From Octopus sinensis (taxonomy: Eukaryota), in the NCBI RefSeq assembly GCF_006345805.1, contig NW_021835693.1, forward strand, positions 1 to 40,222: a stretch of DNA of 40,222 nucleotides. The letters run 5' to 3'. Below, piece by piece: positions 1-11,807 of this stretch (its first letter is position 1; every line of letters starts with the position of its first letter). The notes beneath the pieces were generated by a model. That model was not told the DNA's origin and did no database searches. It saw only the letters and a program-made list of their open reading frames with translations. The translations under genes and the position numbers were made by a program.

Positions 1-741
1 TAAAGATAACAGCTGGTTGTGTGTGTGTGTTACGTTTATCGCTATTAATTTTTTAACGGTTGTGATCTGGGGAAGATTTGGTTGCTATTTCTAGCAATTC
101 AGTGACTGCCTAGAGCAGGCATCGGCAACCATTTTCGAGAAACGCTTTGATGCTTACAAAAACTTTTAAAAACGTGGTCCTGTCAGCTGAGAAATTTTAG
201 CAGCCGTTTCAAGGTGAAGGTCGATTATAAACATCACTGATAGGTACAAATATATCCAGTTTTATTTAGTCAAACCTTAATATTTAATTATTAACACATC
301 GAATAAAATATTTATTATAATCAAACTAGTTATTTATATATAAAGATATTTAAAATTTGTTGATCATGAAATTAATTACCTATATTGATTTATATCTTCT
401 AATCAGTGTTTGTTTAGTCAGATATTTTGTATAATATTGAATGTCAAATGGTGTGTCAGTTAACTCTGGTTTCTCCTCACCCCGAGCGGATAAATCTTTC
501 GCCTTTTACTAAAGATTTCCGTGGGGAGGAACATTTTAATGAGTCTATAGACTTATTTTTGAAAGCCTCATCTAACCATGAGGCGATAATTTAATTAACA
601 TCAGACTAATTAATTTAGATCACGAACCGGGATCCCCAGTCCCACTATAACATTGTTGTTATATTTCTCACGTAAACGGTATATTTATCTATTCGTTGTT
701 ATAGTCCCCGTGACAACATTACAGCAATATTATATATTGCT

Positions 742-1128
742 TGCTGGCAAAGTGCTTAGCGGCATTTCGGTTGTCTTTGCGTTCTGAGTTCAAATTCCGC
801 CGAGGTCGACTTTGCATTTTATCTTTTCGGGGTCGATAAATTAAGTATCAGTTGTGTACCGGGGTCGATGTAATCAACTAGTCCCCCCTCCCCCGCGCAA
901 ATTTCAGACCTTGAGCCTTTAGTAGAAAGGATTATTCGCCGACAGAATCTTTAGCACGCCGGGCAAAATGCTTAGCGACATTTCGTCCGTTGTTTCGTTC
1001 ACGGCCGACTTTGCCTTTCGTCACTCTTGGGATCGATAAAATAAATACCAGTTGAGGACTGGGGTCGGCGTAATCAACTTAACCCCTCTCTCGATATTGC
1101 TGGCCTTGTGCCAAAATGTGAAACCAAT
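742..1128 (+). mobile_element. Two adjacent diverged copies of SINE family A
   Basis: Each carries the core gagttcaaattccgccgaggtcgactttgc...ggggtcgataaa (second copy partial), which recurs more than 12 times in the window. Confidence 0.7.
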
Positions 1129-1508
1129 ATAGGTGCAAGTTTGGCTGTGTGGATGAGAAGCTTGCTTCCCAGCCATGTGGCCTTGGTTCCAGTGTCACGG
1201 CGCGGCACATTGGGCAAGTGCCTTCTGCTATAGCCCTCGGTTCAGCCAAAGCCTTGTGAGAGGATTTGGTTGGTGGAAACTGAGAGAAACCCATCGTGTA
1301 CAAGTGTGTGCGTATATGTGTATGTGTGTATCCGTGTTATGTTTGCCTCCTCACCACCCTTGATAACCAGTGTTGGTTTGTTTACATTCCCGTCAGTTAG
1401 CGGTCCAGCTAGGCTTAGAAATTAGTGGGCGCGATCTGTTCTGCGAAAAGCCTTACAGGAGGTACTCCAGCGTGACCGCGGTCGAATGACTGGAACTTAT
1501 AAAAGAAT
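1129..1508 (+). mobile_element. SINE family B (tRNA-like head tggctgtgtgg...ggttccagtg), diverged
   Basis: Colinear with the copies at 11023, 20772 and 14515 (minus). Confidence 0.75.
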
Positions 1509-2499
1509 TTCTAACACAGGTACAGGGTAACACTATTTTTCTTATAGGTGAGAAAGAAAAGTTGGGGGTCGGGGTGGGGCTAAAGTGATTTATGAAGCTT
1601 GGTGCATGGTATGACGTGTTTACATCTGTTGTTATTGCGGATTAAAAGCACAACGTTTATTTTACCGACCGCGCTTGAAGAATGAAAAGTATAATGTCTC
1701 GACCTCGGCCCGGTTTGAACTTCAAGGACGTAACTAAATACCGTGAGGTATTTAGTTTTATCCGACGCTCTACCGATCCTGACCCTTCCCTAACCCCTAA
1801 AGAATAATATATAATCAAATGAATATAACATAAACCCTTAGAAACACACATACACACTCGTACTTGCACAAACACTCTCACCGCATTTGTATAAGCACTC
1901 ACAAAATGGCGGGGAAAAATGTGTTATGGAAATTTCATGTGATTTCATATACAGAAAGCTGGGTTCTTCAAGTGAAGGGAAAAGGGATTGTGAAGGTTTG
2001 GGGTTAAGATGTGTGGTAGTTTTCGATGAAAAATGGGTGAGGAAAAGAGAAACCGATCTCCCCCCATCTGCCACCCGTCACAGCAGTTTCCTTAATGCTG
2101 TGTTAAAGCGATTTCTTAAAGAGAAATCTTGTCGTCTGTTTTTTTATGCAATTCATCCATCCGTGTGAAACAACATATTCGGAGTTACTAACAATAAAGA
2201 ACAACAGAGAGAGATATAGAGAGGGTGAGGAGAAGGTATGTGTGTGTGTGTGCGTGCGTGCGTGCGTGTGTGTATGTGTGCGTGTGTGTGTATGTCTGTG
2301 TATGTGTCGGTGTGTGTCAGTGTGTGTGTGAATGAGAGGGAGACAAGTAGTGAAGCGAAAAAGAGTGGGAAGGGAAAAGAGAGAGAGAGAGAGAGAGTAG
2401 AAAGACACCAGAGAAAGAGAAGGAAAGACTACACACTCACACACACAAACGCATATATATATACACATTTATACGCATATACATATACATGCACATCTC

Positions 2500-2554
<55 letters not shown>

Positions 2555-2759
2555 CTTTATCTATGTATCTATCTATCTCTCTCTCTCTCTGTCTTTCTTT
2601 CTCTCTCTATCGATCTATTTATCTCTCTATCTCTCTCTTTATCTCTATCTATCTATCTATATCTATCTATCTATCTACTATCTATCTATCCTATCTATCT
2701 ATCTATCAGTCTCTCTCTCTCTCTCTCGCTCTCTCTCTCTCTCCCTCTCTCTATCGCTA

Positions 2760-2790
<31 letters not shown>

Positions 2791-2852
2791 TTTATCTAGC
2801 TATCTATCTATCTATCTATACGTATGTGTGTATATATAATATACTGAGTCTT

Positions 2853-2887
<35 letters not shown>

Positions 2888-3441
2888 TTCTCTCTTCTCT
2901 CCTCTCTCTCACACACACACACACACACACATACACACACTTTCGCCAGTATCTCTCTCACTTTAGGACATGAAACGATTGTGAAGTGTAAACCTCTCAA
3001 AAAAAAAAAAAAAAAAAGAAAAAAATGTATTTTCAAAAGTATCCTTTCTCGATATCAAAACACTTGATGAGGAGGAAACTACTTTCGGAAATATGTCTTC
3101 TAAAAATAAATATTTTGATTTTCCGTGAACACTTAGTTCTCTTCTATGATGTCGAAACGCCATTAAAAGGATGTCACGTAACTCGGGAGTCGTTGCGGTA
3201 GCTGGTCTGATGTTGTGGCTGCCGTTAAAGTTGATGTTGTTGCTGTTGTCGTAATGGAGCCTGACCATAAAAGGTTTTACTCGAAGAAATCGAACCTAGG
3301 AATTATTCGTTGTAAGCCTAGTTCTTTTCATCGGTTTCTTTTAACCGAAGCGCTAGTTTACGAGGACGTAAACACATCAACATCGGTCGTCAAGCGAGGA
3401 TAGGGCGACAAACACAGACGCAAAGACACACACAGATATGT

Positions 3442-3478
<37 letters not shown>

Positions 3479-3527
3479 TGTGTTTTTGGTTACTTTCATC
3501 GTAATTTGTAATTTGAATTAATGTATG

Positions 3528-3569
<42 letters not shown>

Positions 3570-3575
<6 letters not shown>

Positions 3576-3881
3576 ATCACCGTGACCGCCCAGGCTATCA
3601 GATGCTGTTTACACATCGCTGGTCACAATGCGTTCGCATTGTTTTAGCCTTCGAACGACGCCGCCACCCGCTGGCTAAGCGAGCAGGCCAACAGAAGAAA
3701 GAGTGAGAGAAAGAGTGGTGAAGGAGTACGCAGGGATCACCCACCCCCTGCCGGAGTCTCGTGGAGCTTTTAGGTGTTTTCGCTCAATAAACACTCACAA
3801 CGCTCGGTCTGGGAATCGAAACCGCGTCCTACCTACACCGCGACGTCCGCTGCTGCCCTAGACCACTGGGCCATTGCGCTC
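3570..3881 (-). mobile_element. SINE family C head and core with a different 3' tail
   Basis: Head (caatggcccagtggtctagggcagc...ggtttcgattcccagacc) and core match family C; the tail from 3570 to about 3700 does not. Confidence 0.75.
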
Positions 3882-3913
3882 CATATATATACATACATAC
3901 ATACATACATCCA

Positions 3914-3945
<32 letters not shown>

Positions 3946-4451
3946 CATACATACATACATATACTATTGTACACGTGTTGTCAAAAATGTCGAAAGTTCT
4001 GTCAATGATAGAACATGGTGCTTCAAACAACAGGAGAAACCAGTGATAAATGTCAGCATTTGAGTTAATATATGTAGAAACACACGTCTGTATATATAAA
4101 TACTCTCGTATATGTGTGGTTGTGTGTGCGTGTTTGTACTTGTGCGGTTGAGTGTATTGCATGTATGCATATACATTGTGTATGTGTTTATGTGCATGTA
4201 CGTGTATACACACACACACACACATACATACATATATATATATCTAAGTAGGTGAATGAATTATCCTAGTATGGATAATTCGGTTACCGATACCCCGGGT
4301 AGCAAATTCACGTCAGAAAACACAGGTTGAAGCTACATGCCATCCAAGGCAGAAATCACGTGCTTTCGTGTGGAAATTTGTGTGTGTTGTTTTTACACTA
4401 TAAATAATAAAGAATGGAGTCGAAACGACGATTTAACAAAATTCCTTTATT

Positions 4452-4535
4452 CCTCTCGACATATGTTCCGAGATTGCATATTCTTAATTCCGAAGGAATA
4501 AAGGGTGCATTATGCGCCCTTCTCATCAGGAAAGA
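4452..4535 (-). ncRNA. Type I hammerhead-ribozyme-like motif (A13G core variant)
   Basis: Minus strand reads TCTTTC CTGATGA [helix II region] C GGA ACATATGT C^GAGAGG. Helix I TCTTTC/GAGAGG is 6 bp with two G-U pairs, helix III is the palindrome ACATATGT, and the cleavage triplet is GUC. Confidence 0.65.
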
Positions 4536-4606
4536 CAAGGAACTTATGTCACATCATGAACGAACAAAAGCTTTTAGATGACTGCCCACACGGAGTCCAT
4601 AGTGAT

Positions 4607-4643
<37 letters not shown>

Positions 4644-4947
4644 ACTAGCAAATATATATATATATATATATATTATATACTATATATATATTTATATATA
4701 TATATATATATACATACATACAATCATAGCCAAAAATGCACCCGTCCTTTGGACGGTTAAAGTTGCTTTGGTGGTAATTTTTCACCAAATAATTGAACTA
4801 CCTTGAAGGTTTATGAGTAGCACGGCAATCTATGTTTCCTAGGAACGGAAAACCAAATTGAAGGCTGGTTATTATAGATGTCGTTGCACTTTAATGATCA
4901 CAGAACATATAATTTTTGCAAGTGATGCAAAGTAGAGCTAACTCAGT

Positions 4948-5355
4948 GGAGACGCAATGCCAAGTGTTTAGGGCCGCGGACTCGCGTCATAGGATCGCGG
5001 TTTCGATTCCCAAACCGGCGCTGTGATGTTTATTGAGCGAAAATCACCTAAAAGCTCCACGAGGCTCCGGCATGGGATGGTGGTGATCCCGCGTACTCTT
5101 TTCACCACAACTTTCTCTCACTCTTACTTCCTGTTTTCCTTACTTCCTGTTTCTGTTGTACCTGTATTTCAAAGGGCCGCGGCCCTTGTCACTCTCTGTG
5201 TCACGCTGAATATCCCCGAGAACTACGTTAAGGGTGCACAGTGTCTGTGGAGTGCTCATCCACTTACACGTTAATTTCACGAGTAGGCTGTTCCGTTGAT
5301 CGGAATCAACCGGAACCCTCATCGTCGTAACCGACGGAGTGCTTCCAAAAAAAAA
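4948..5355 (+). mobile_element. Full-length tRNA-derived SINE family C with A tail and imperfect TSD
   Basis: A-box/B-box-like head (caatgccaagtgtttagggc...ggtttcgattccc), poly-A at 5347-5356, flanks agagctaactca (4934-4945) and agagctactca (5356-5366). Confidence 0.85.
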
Positions 5356-5969
5356 AGAGCTACTCAAGAGTTTGGGGAGTAGATTACAGACAATGACTAC
5401 AAAATATAGTAGTTTTACATGAAAGCAAACAAATGGTGTAAGGAAATTGAAGGAGGACTTTGAAACTTCTCCTCTGTGAGTTTATTGTATTCAACAACAA
5501 AGGGAACTATTTTTTCAGAGAGATGTATGATTGGTACGTTCAAAAATGGCAATATAAAACCTACTTGGAAAGATAGAGTTTAAGGAATGTATTTGCTGCG
5601 TGCTGACATGTACGACCACTCTGAGATTCACTTCAGGTAACGAAAAATGAAGACATGAAGTTTGAATTCAGTTCACGAATACTGTTTTGAACTTTTTAGC
5701 AGTTCGCTGTGAAAAGATGTCGCGTTGTAAGGCAGGCAAATAATAAATTTTTTTTTAAATGTGAAAACAACTAAAAGATATTCTGTAATGGAAATACACT
5801 ACCATATAGATTTAAAAAGTATGGAAAACAGTCGATAAAACACTCAATCGCAAAATACACACCAATACACATAAAAAATATAGAAAGTAATAATACACAA
5901 TTACAACATATAAATAAATAATAAATAAAAAATGTGAAAACTGCTAAAAAATATTCTCTAATGCTAATA

Positions 5970-6351
5970 AAATAGGAGCACTCCGTCCGTTGCGACGATG
6001 AGGGTCCCAGCTGATACGATCAACGGAACAGCTTGCTCGTATATTAACGTGCAAGTGGCTGAGCACCCACAGACACGTGTACCCTTAACGTAGTTCTCGT
6101 GAGATTCAGCGTGACACAGAGTGTGACAAGGCTGGCCCTTTGAAATACAGGTACAAAAGAACAGGAAGAAAGAGCGAGAGAAAGTTGTGGTGAAAGAGTA
6201 CAGCAGGGTTCACCCCCCCCCTGCCGGAGCCTAGTGGAGCTTAGGTGTTTTCGCTCACGAAACACTCACAATGCCCGGTCTGGAATCGAAACCGCGATCC
6301 CCATCCTCGACCGCGAGTCCGCTGCCCTACCACTGGGCCATTGCCGCCTCC
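5970..6351 (-). mobile_element. Full-length SINE family C with perfect 10 bp TSD
   Basis: Reverse complement of the 4948 element; aatgctaata at both 5960-5969 and 6352-6361. Confidence 0.88.
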
Positions 6352-6432
6352 AATGCTAATATACGACCATATAGATTAAAAAAGTATGGAAGACCCTACA
6401 TACAAAAAATATGTACATACAATGATTTACAG

Positions 6433-6465
6433 AAAAAACCCGTGTAAACGACGGTTTTTCCTAGT
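6433..6465 (+). mobile_element. Helitron-like 3' terminus (hairpin plus CTAG|T)
   Basis: ccgt-gtaaacg-acgg hairpin followed by tttttcCTAGt, with CTAG at 6461-6464. Confidence 0.5.
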
Positions 6466-6634
6466 GTGTCCATTTACGCGGGAACCCTTGTCAAAATGTT
6501 ATCGTGCATGACCAACCTTGGGACATAAGGAATGTGTGTGTAAAGCTTGCTGAAAATCGATTGAGAATTGTGGAAATGTATACGTTAGTCAAAATACAGA
6601 CACATGCAGTGATTTATATATATATATACTAGTC

Positions 6635-6830
6635 GCCACTACACACATTTTTTTATTCTCTCTCTTGTTCTTTTTTCTGTCCCTTTCTGTAGAAGACGTA
6701 GGCTCGAACGTAAAAGACTTTTCTATTCCTGAGCGTTATACTATACATCTGTTTGTTTTGTACACCACCTGTCACCTGTCTTCGTTTGTTTTTTGTTTTC
6801 CCGTAAACTCTCCCTATATAATATATATAT
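6635..6830 (+). mobile_element. Short Penelope-like/retrozyme-like element, copy 1 (hammerhead core decayed)
   Basis: About 190 bp colinear with 8775-8945 and 10222-10404; ends at (TA)n; core ctgtagaagacgtaggctcgaacgta has two small deletions. Confidence 0.65.
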
Positions 6831-6854
6831 ATTATAATAATATATATATACTTT

Positions 6855-7050
6855 TCTTCTTTTCTTCTTTTATTCGTTTTAGTCATTTGACTGTGGCCAA
6901 GCTGGAGCACCGCCTTTAGTTGAGGAAATGAACCCCAGGACTTATTCTTTGTAAGCCTAATATTTATCCTATCGGTCTCTTTTGCCGAACCGCTAGATTA
7001 CGTGGACGTAAACACACCAGCATCGGTTGTCAAACAATGGTGGGGTGACA
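6855..7050 (-). mobile_element. 3' half of SINE family B
   Basis: Reverse complement of the 20960-21150 tail. Confidence 0.75.
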
Positions 7051-7256
7051 ACACAGACACACAAATATACACACACACATACGCACACGCACACACAACA
7101 CACATACACATTTATAGGGCATGAAAGATATTGGTGTCAAGAAGACTCAAAGGTGTCAGGTAATGCTGAGCAAGTGTTGGGCCTGGGCTATGGTAGAAAA
7201 TATCTGCGCAAGGTGCCACGCAGTGGAATTGAACCCGGAAACATGTGGAAACAAGT

Positions 7257-7257
<1 letters not shown>

Positions 7258-7332
<75 letters not shown>

Positions 7333-7416
7333 GAGGTTGAGAGACAATCTGTGAAATAATCACTCACACAGTCGCAAAACAAAAAAGGCAAATGTAATCT
7401 AAATATACACACCCAT

Positions 7417-7453
<37 letters not shown>

Positions 7454-7622
7454 TGTATGTATGTATGTATGTATGTATGTATGCATGTATGGTAATATGT
7501 TTGCTCTCAAGAACAAAGCTCACAGACGCAAAACAAAATTCTTCAGGAAGCGTTTTATATTACGCGCGTTGTTTACAAAGTTAATCCGGTTTCGATACAG
7601 TGAGGATCTGATTCTTTGACCT
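7258..7622. repeat. Left arm of a long inverted repeat
   Basis: (GATA)n, unique block, (TATG)n, unique block; reverse complement of 8342-8760. Confidence 0.85.
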
Positions 7623-7917
7623 CTCTTTTAGTTTCCGTTCTTGGAAGCCCTTGCCCAAGGTGTCACGATGTGGGATTGAACCCGGAACCATGTGATTGGG
7701 AAGGAAGCTTCTTACCACGCAAATTTATCCTTTATTTTTTTTTTCCAGTCATTCGGTTACGGTCATGCTGGGGCATTGCTTTGAACGTTTTAGTCAACCG
7801 AATCGACCCCAAGACTTTATTTTTAACGACGACGAACCCGTAACCATGTGGAAACAAGTAAAATATAAAAGGTGTGTGTGTGTGTGGGAGTGTTTATGTG
7901 TTTGTGCATCCATATAT

Positions 7918-8299
7918 GGAAGCACTCCGTCGGTTACGACGACGAGGGTTCCAGTTGATCCGAATCAACGGAACAGCCTGCTCGTGAAATTAACGTGTAT
8001 GTGGCTGAGCACTCCACAGACACGTGTACCCTTAACGTAGTTCTCGGGGATATTCAGCGTGACACAGAGAGTGACAAGGCCGGCCCCTTGAAATACAGGT
8101 ACAACAGAAACAGGAAGTAAGAGTGAGAGAAAGTCGTGGTGAAAGAGTACAGCAGGGATCACCACCTTCCCCTGCCGGAGCCTCGTGAAGCTTTAGGTGT
8201 TTTCGCTCAGTAAACACTCACAACGCCCGGTCTGGGAATTGAAACCGCGATCCTATAACCGCGAGTCCGCTGCCCTAACCACTTGGCCATTGCGCCTCC
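7918..8299 (-). mobile_element. Full-length SINE family C with 10 bp TSD
   Basis: atccatatat at 7908-7917 and 8300-8309. Confidence 0.88.
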
Positions 8300-8341
8300 A
8301 TCCATATATACTGATGCATAAACATACATGGCCGTTTTATT

Positions 8342-8542
8342 AGGTTAAAGAATTAGATCCTCTCTGTATTGAAACCGGATTAACTTTGTAAACAACGCGC
8401 GTAATATAAAACACTTCCTGAAGAATTTTGTTTTGCGTCTGTGAGCTTTATTCTTGAGAGCAAACACATTACCATACATACATACATACATACATACATA
8501 CATACATGCATGCATGCATACATACATACATACATACATACA

Positions 8543-8573
<31 letters not shown>

Positions 8574-8680
8574 TTATAAATGGGTGTGTGTATTTAGATT
8601 ACATCTGCCTCTTTGTTTTGTGCCTGTGTGTGAGTGATTATTTCGTAGATTGTCTCTCAACCTATCTATCTCTCTATCTG

Positions 8681-8733
<53 letters not shown>

Positions 8734-8760
8734 TTATCTATCTGTCTATCTATCTATCTA
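8342..8760. repeat. Right arm of the long inverted repeat
   Basis: aggttaaagaattagatcc (8342) mirrors ggatctgattctttgacct (ending 7622), and the match continues through both microsatellites. Confidence 0.85.
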
Positions 8761-8774
8761 TTTATACATCGGTA

Positions 8775-9043
<269 letters not shown>

Positions 9044-9396
9044 ACCACCAACCTACATATCTATCAGCTAGCTCTCCCCTTCTCTCCCTTCCACCCTTTC
9101 TCTTCCATTATGTGTCAATATCCATATTTCCTCTTCTCCAGTTGTTTTCTTTTTTCCATTCACGTCAGCCATTGTCATTCTCTGTCCCTTTTGCCGCAAC
9201 GATGTTCACCATTAAAATTTATTAAGACGACGAACATGGCGGACAAAATACTTAGCGGTATTTCTTCCGTCTCATGACTTAAAAATTCTTTCCTCGTCTT
9301 ATCGATACATGAAGAGATTACTTGCCTTTTCAAGCCAATTTTTTTTTCTGAGCAAAAAAAAAAACCCCAAAAAAAACAAAGAAAAAGAAAAAGAAA

Positions 9397-9615
9397 GGCG
9401 GCGAGCTGGCAGAAACCGTTAGCACGCCAGGCGAAATGCTTAGCGGTATTTCGTCTGCCGCTACGTTCTGAGATCAAATTCCGCCGAGGTCGACTTTGCC
9501 TTTCATCCTTTCGGGGTCGATTAAATAAGTACCAGTTACGCACTGAGGTCGATATAATCGACTTAATCCGTTTGTCTGTCCTTGTTTGTCCTCTCTGTGT
9601 GTAGCCCCGTAATAG
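9397..9615 (+). mobile_element. SINE family A, near full length
   Basis: ggcggcgagctggcagaaaccgttagcacgcc...gagatcaaattccgccgagg...; matches the copies at 18184, 31490 and 22100 (minus). Confidence 0.85.
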
Positions 9616-10221
9616 CAAAGTGTGTACACACAGCAGCTGTATAGGTATCTTCTGTGTTTCATCTTTCACCTGTTTCAGTCATTATACTGCGGCCATGCTG
9701 GGGCACCGCCTTGAAGAATGATTTAGTCGAATGAATCGGCCTCAGTACTTGTTTTTTTAAGCCTAGTATTTTTTCTATCGGTCTCTTTTGCCAAATCGCT
9801 AAGTGTATAATGTTCATAATGTTTTAGAGTGAAGTGCAAGCGGAGAAAAACGAAGAATGTTATTTTATTTAAGTTAGACGAATAAATAGAGAGAAATTAA
9901 TCTACCTAGTAAGAAAGCAACGAAACCATTGTAAGTATATCGTATAGAAATTCACCAACTTTAAACCCGTGAATCTATTAACTCAATACCGGATATTGTA
10001 GAATTACACAATATTGTATACTATAGTCAGAAACGATGCCTAGAAACCGGATAAGAGGGCCAGTATTTAACACACAAAGCGTGCGTGCACGGATACACAC
10101 ACATCACCACCACCACCACCACCACCACCACCACCACCACCATACCACCACACCACTACACCACCACACCACACATGTATGAGAATTATATATATATATG
10201 TAGTCGCCATGATAGATCGTT

Positions 10222-10404
10222 AGCCACTACACACATTTTTTTCTCTCCTTGTTTCTCTCCTTGTTTTTTTCTGTGTCCCTTTCTGTAGAAGAGCGTAGCT
10301 CGAAACGTAAAAGACTTTTTCTTTTCCTGAGCGTTATGCTAATACATCTGTTTGTTTTGTACACCACCCTTTTGGTCTTTTGTTTTTTTCGTAAACTTTC
10401 CTGA
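10222..10404 (+). mobile_element. Short Penelope-like element, copy 3, with a minimal hammerhead-like motif at 10279-10313
   Basis: cttt CTGTAGA A GAGC gta GCTC GAA ACGT A^aaag; ends at (TA)n. Confidence 0.7.
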
Positions 10405-10425
10405 TATATATATATATATAAATAA

Positions 10426-10462
<37 letters not shown>

Positions 10463-10502
10463 ATATATATAATATATCTATATATATATATCAGGAAAAT
10501 TT

Positions 10503-10715
10503 TCACACATGTGACCTCGTGAGTACCCGCCAGCAATTTTTCTTCTGTCTTCCCTTCTCATGATCTTTCCTTCTCCTTTGTTTCCGACGAAGAGCTCCGC
10601 TCGAAACGTTAAACCCTCCTTCTTCCTTCTTTCCTGAGCGTCCAATAATACTTTATTTGTTCCACGTCCTCACGTTGCTGTGTTTTTTTGGTGTTTTCTT
10701 ATTTGGATTAACTTT
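10503..10715 (+). mobile_element. Related short Penelope-like element with a minimal hammerhead-like motif at 10580-10614
   Basis: gttt CCGACGA A GAGC tcc GCTC GAA ACGT T^aaac; shares the downstream ttcctgagcgt block with copies 1-3; ends at (TA)n. Confidence 0.7.
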
Positions 10716-11022
10716 ATATATATATATATATATATCTGTGTGCGTGTGTGTGTGTGTGTGTGTGTATGTGTGTAAACAAAACAAAAATTGGAACAGGAAC
10801 GTAACAGGCGACAACAAAACACACAGACAGTCAGATGATACAAAAAGAGGACAGAAAAGAACGAGGATTGGTCATTTGGAGCTTTCTATCGTCAGTCGAG
10901 TTCCAGATCGTCGTTGCAGTTTCGGTTAGACTCGAGACTGCTCCAATCTGGCCGGCCCCAAGAAAATCTAAACTAAGAGCACTAGATTCTTTGGAAGAAA
11001 GCAAGCGAATGTATACGGAAAC

Positions 11023-11389
11023 GCGCAGGCGTGGCTGTGTGGTAAGAAGCTTGCTTCCCAACCAAAAGGTCCCACATTCAGTTCCACTGCTTGGCACCTT
11101 GAGCAAGTGTCTTTTACTATAGCCTCAGGCTGACCAAAGCCTTGTAAGTGGAATTGGTGGACGGAAACTGTAACAAGTCGGTCATAAACATGTACATATC
11201 TATGTGTGTGTCTGTGTTTCTCCTCCCCACCCCGCTTGAAGATGGTGTTGGTGTGTTTACGTCCCCGTTACTTAGCGATTCGGCACAACAGAACGATAGA
11301 GCAAGTACAAAGCTTTAAAAATGTCCTGCGGTTAATTTGTTCGACTAAAACCCAGCAAGACCGCAGTCCAATGACTAAAGCAAGGATAT

Positions 11390-11390
<1 letters not shown>
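11023..11390 (+). mobile_element. SINE family B
   Basis: Colinear with 20772-21150. Confidence 0.8.
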
Positions 11391-11432
<42 letters not shown>

Positions 11433-11807
11433 TTAACATATGCACACCTCCCCCCACTATCTGATGTCGCTTGGTCAGAAGTGAGGGCTTGTGGCATTTG
11501 CTAAATCTATCGAATATGGGTGTTGATAAAGGAATCAAGTCGTGCTTTTTTCGTGTGTGATCTAGAAACATGTTCATCATTAACGGTAAGAGATTGGTTT
11601 CGTTTATTTGCTACTCCGTTTTTTGCGTATGTGAATCGCAGGGTTCGTCGTATTTGGAAAATCCACTTATAGTAAATGGAAAAAACAGTCTTTGACTGCC
11701 ATTTCTAATTCCTCCGGTATGCGGCGAGGCAGCCTGCTGCCCGCCTTTTAATTATTTTCACTATATATATATATATGTATATATAATATTATATATATTA
11801 TATATAT

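Noticed and set aside
112-131. tagagcaggcatcggcaacc, resembling a hAT MITE end
   Set aside because: No matching opposite TIR or TSD found.
420-640. Unique AT-rich block with TAATTA motifs and a 12 bp palindrome (agtctatagact), a possible enhancer
   Set aside because: Such motifs are expected by chance in AT-rich DNA; conservation data are needed.
3065-3105. TTGATGA...GGAAATATGTC, a hammerhead look-alike
   Set aside because: C3 is missing and helices I and II do not pair in register.
2963-3268. 101 aa minus-strand ORF with a possible acceptor near 3261
   Set aside because: No recognisable domain and no convincing donor; it ends in a poly-T tract.
4948-5020. tRNA gene (also the heads at 8225-8299, 20772 and 27031)
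   Set aside because: A and B boxes are present but there is no convincing cloverleaf, and each head continues into a SINE body or array.
11566-11716. Possible plus-strand mini-exons MFIING / FVVFGKSTYSKWKKQSLTAISNSSG with a 56 nt intron
   Set aside because: Unusually short intron, no recognisable product and no partner exons.
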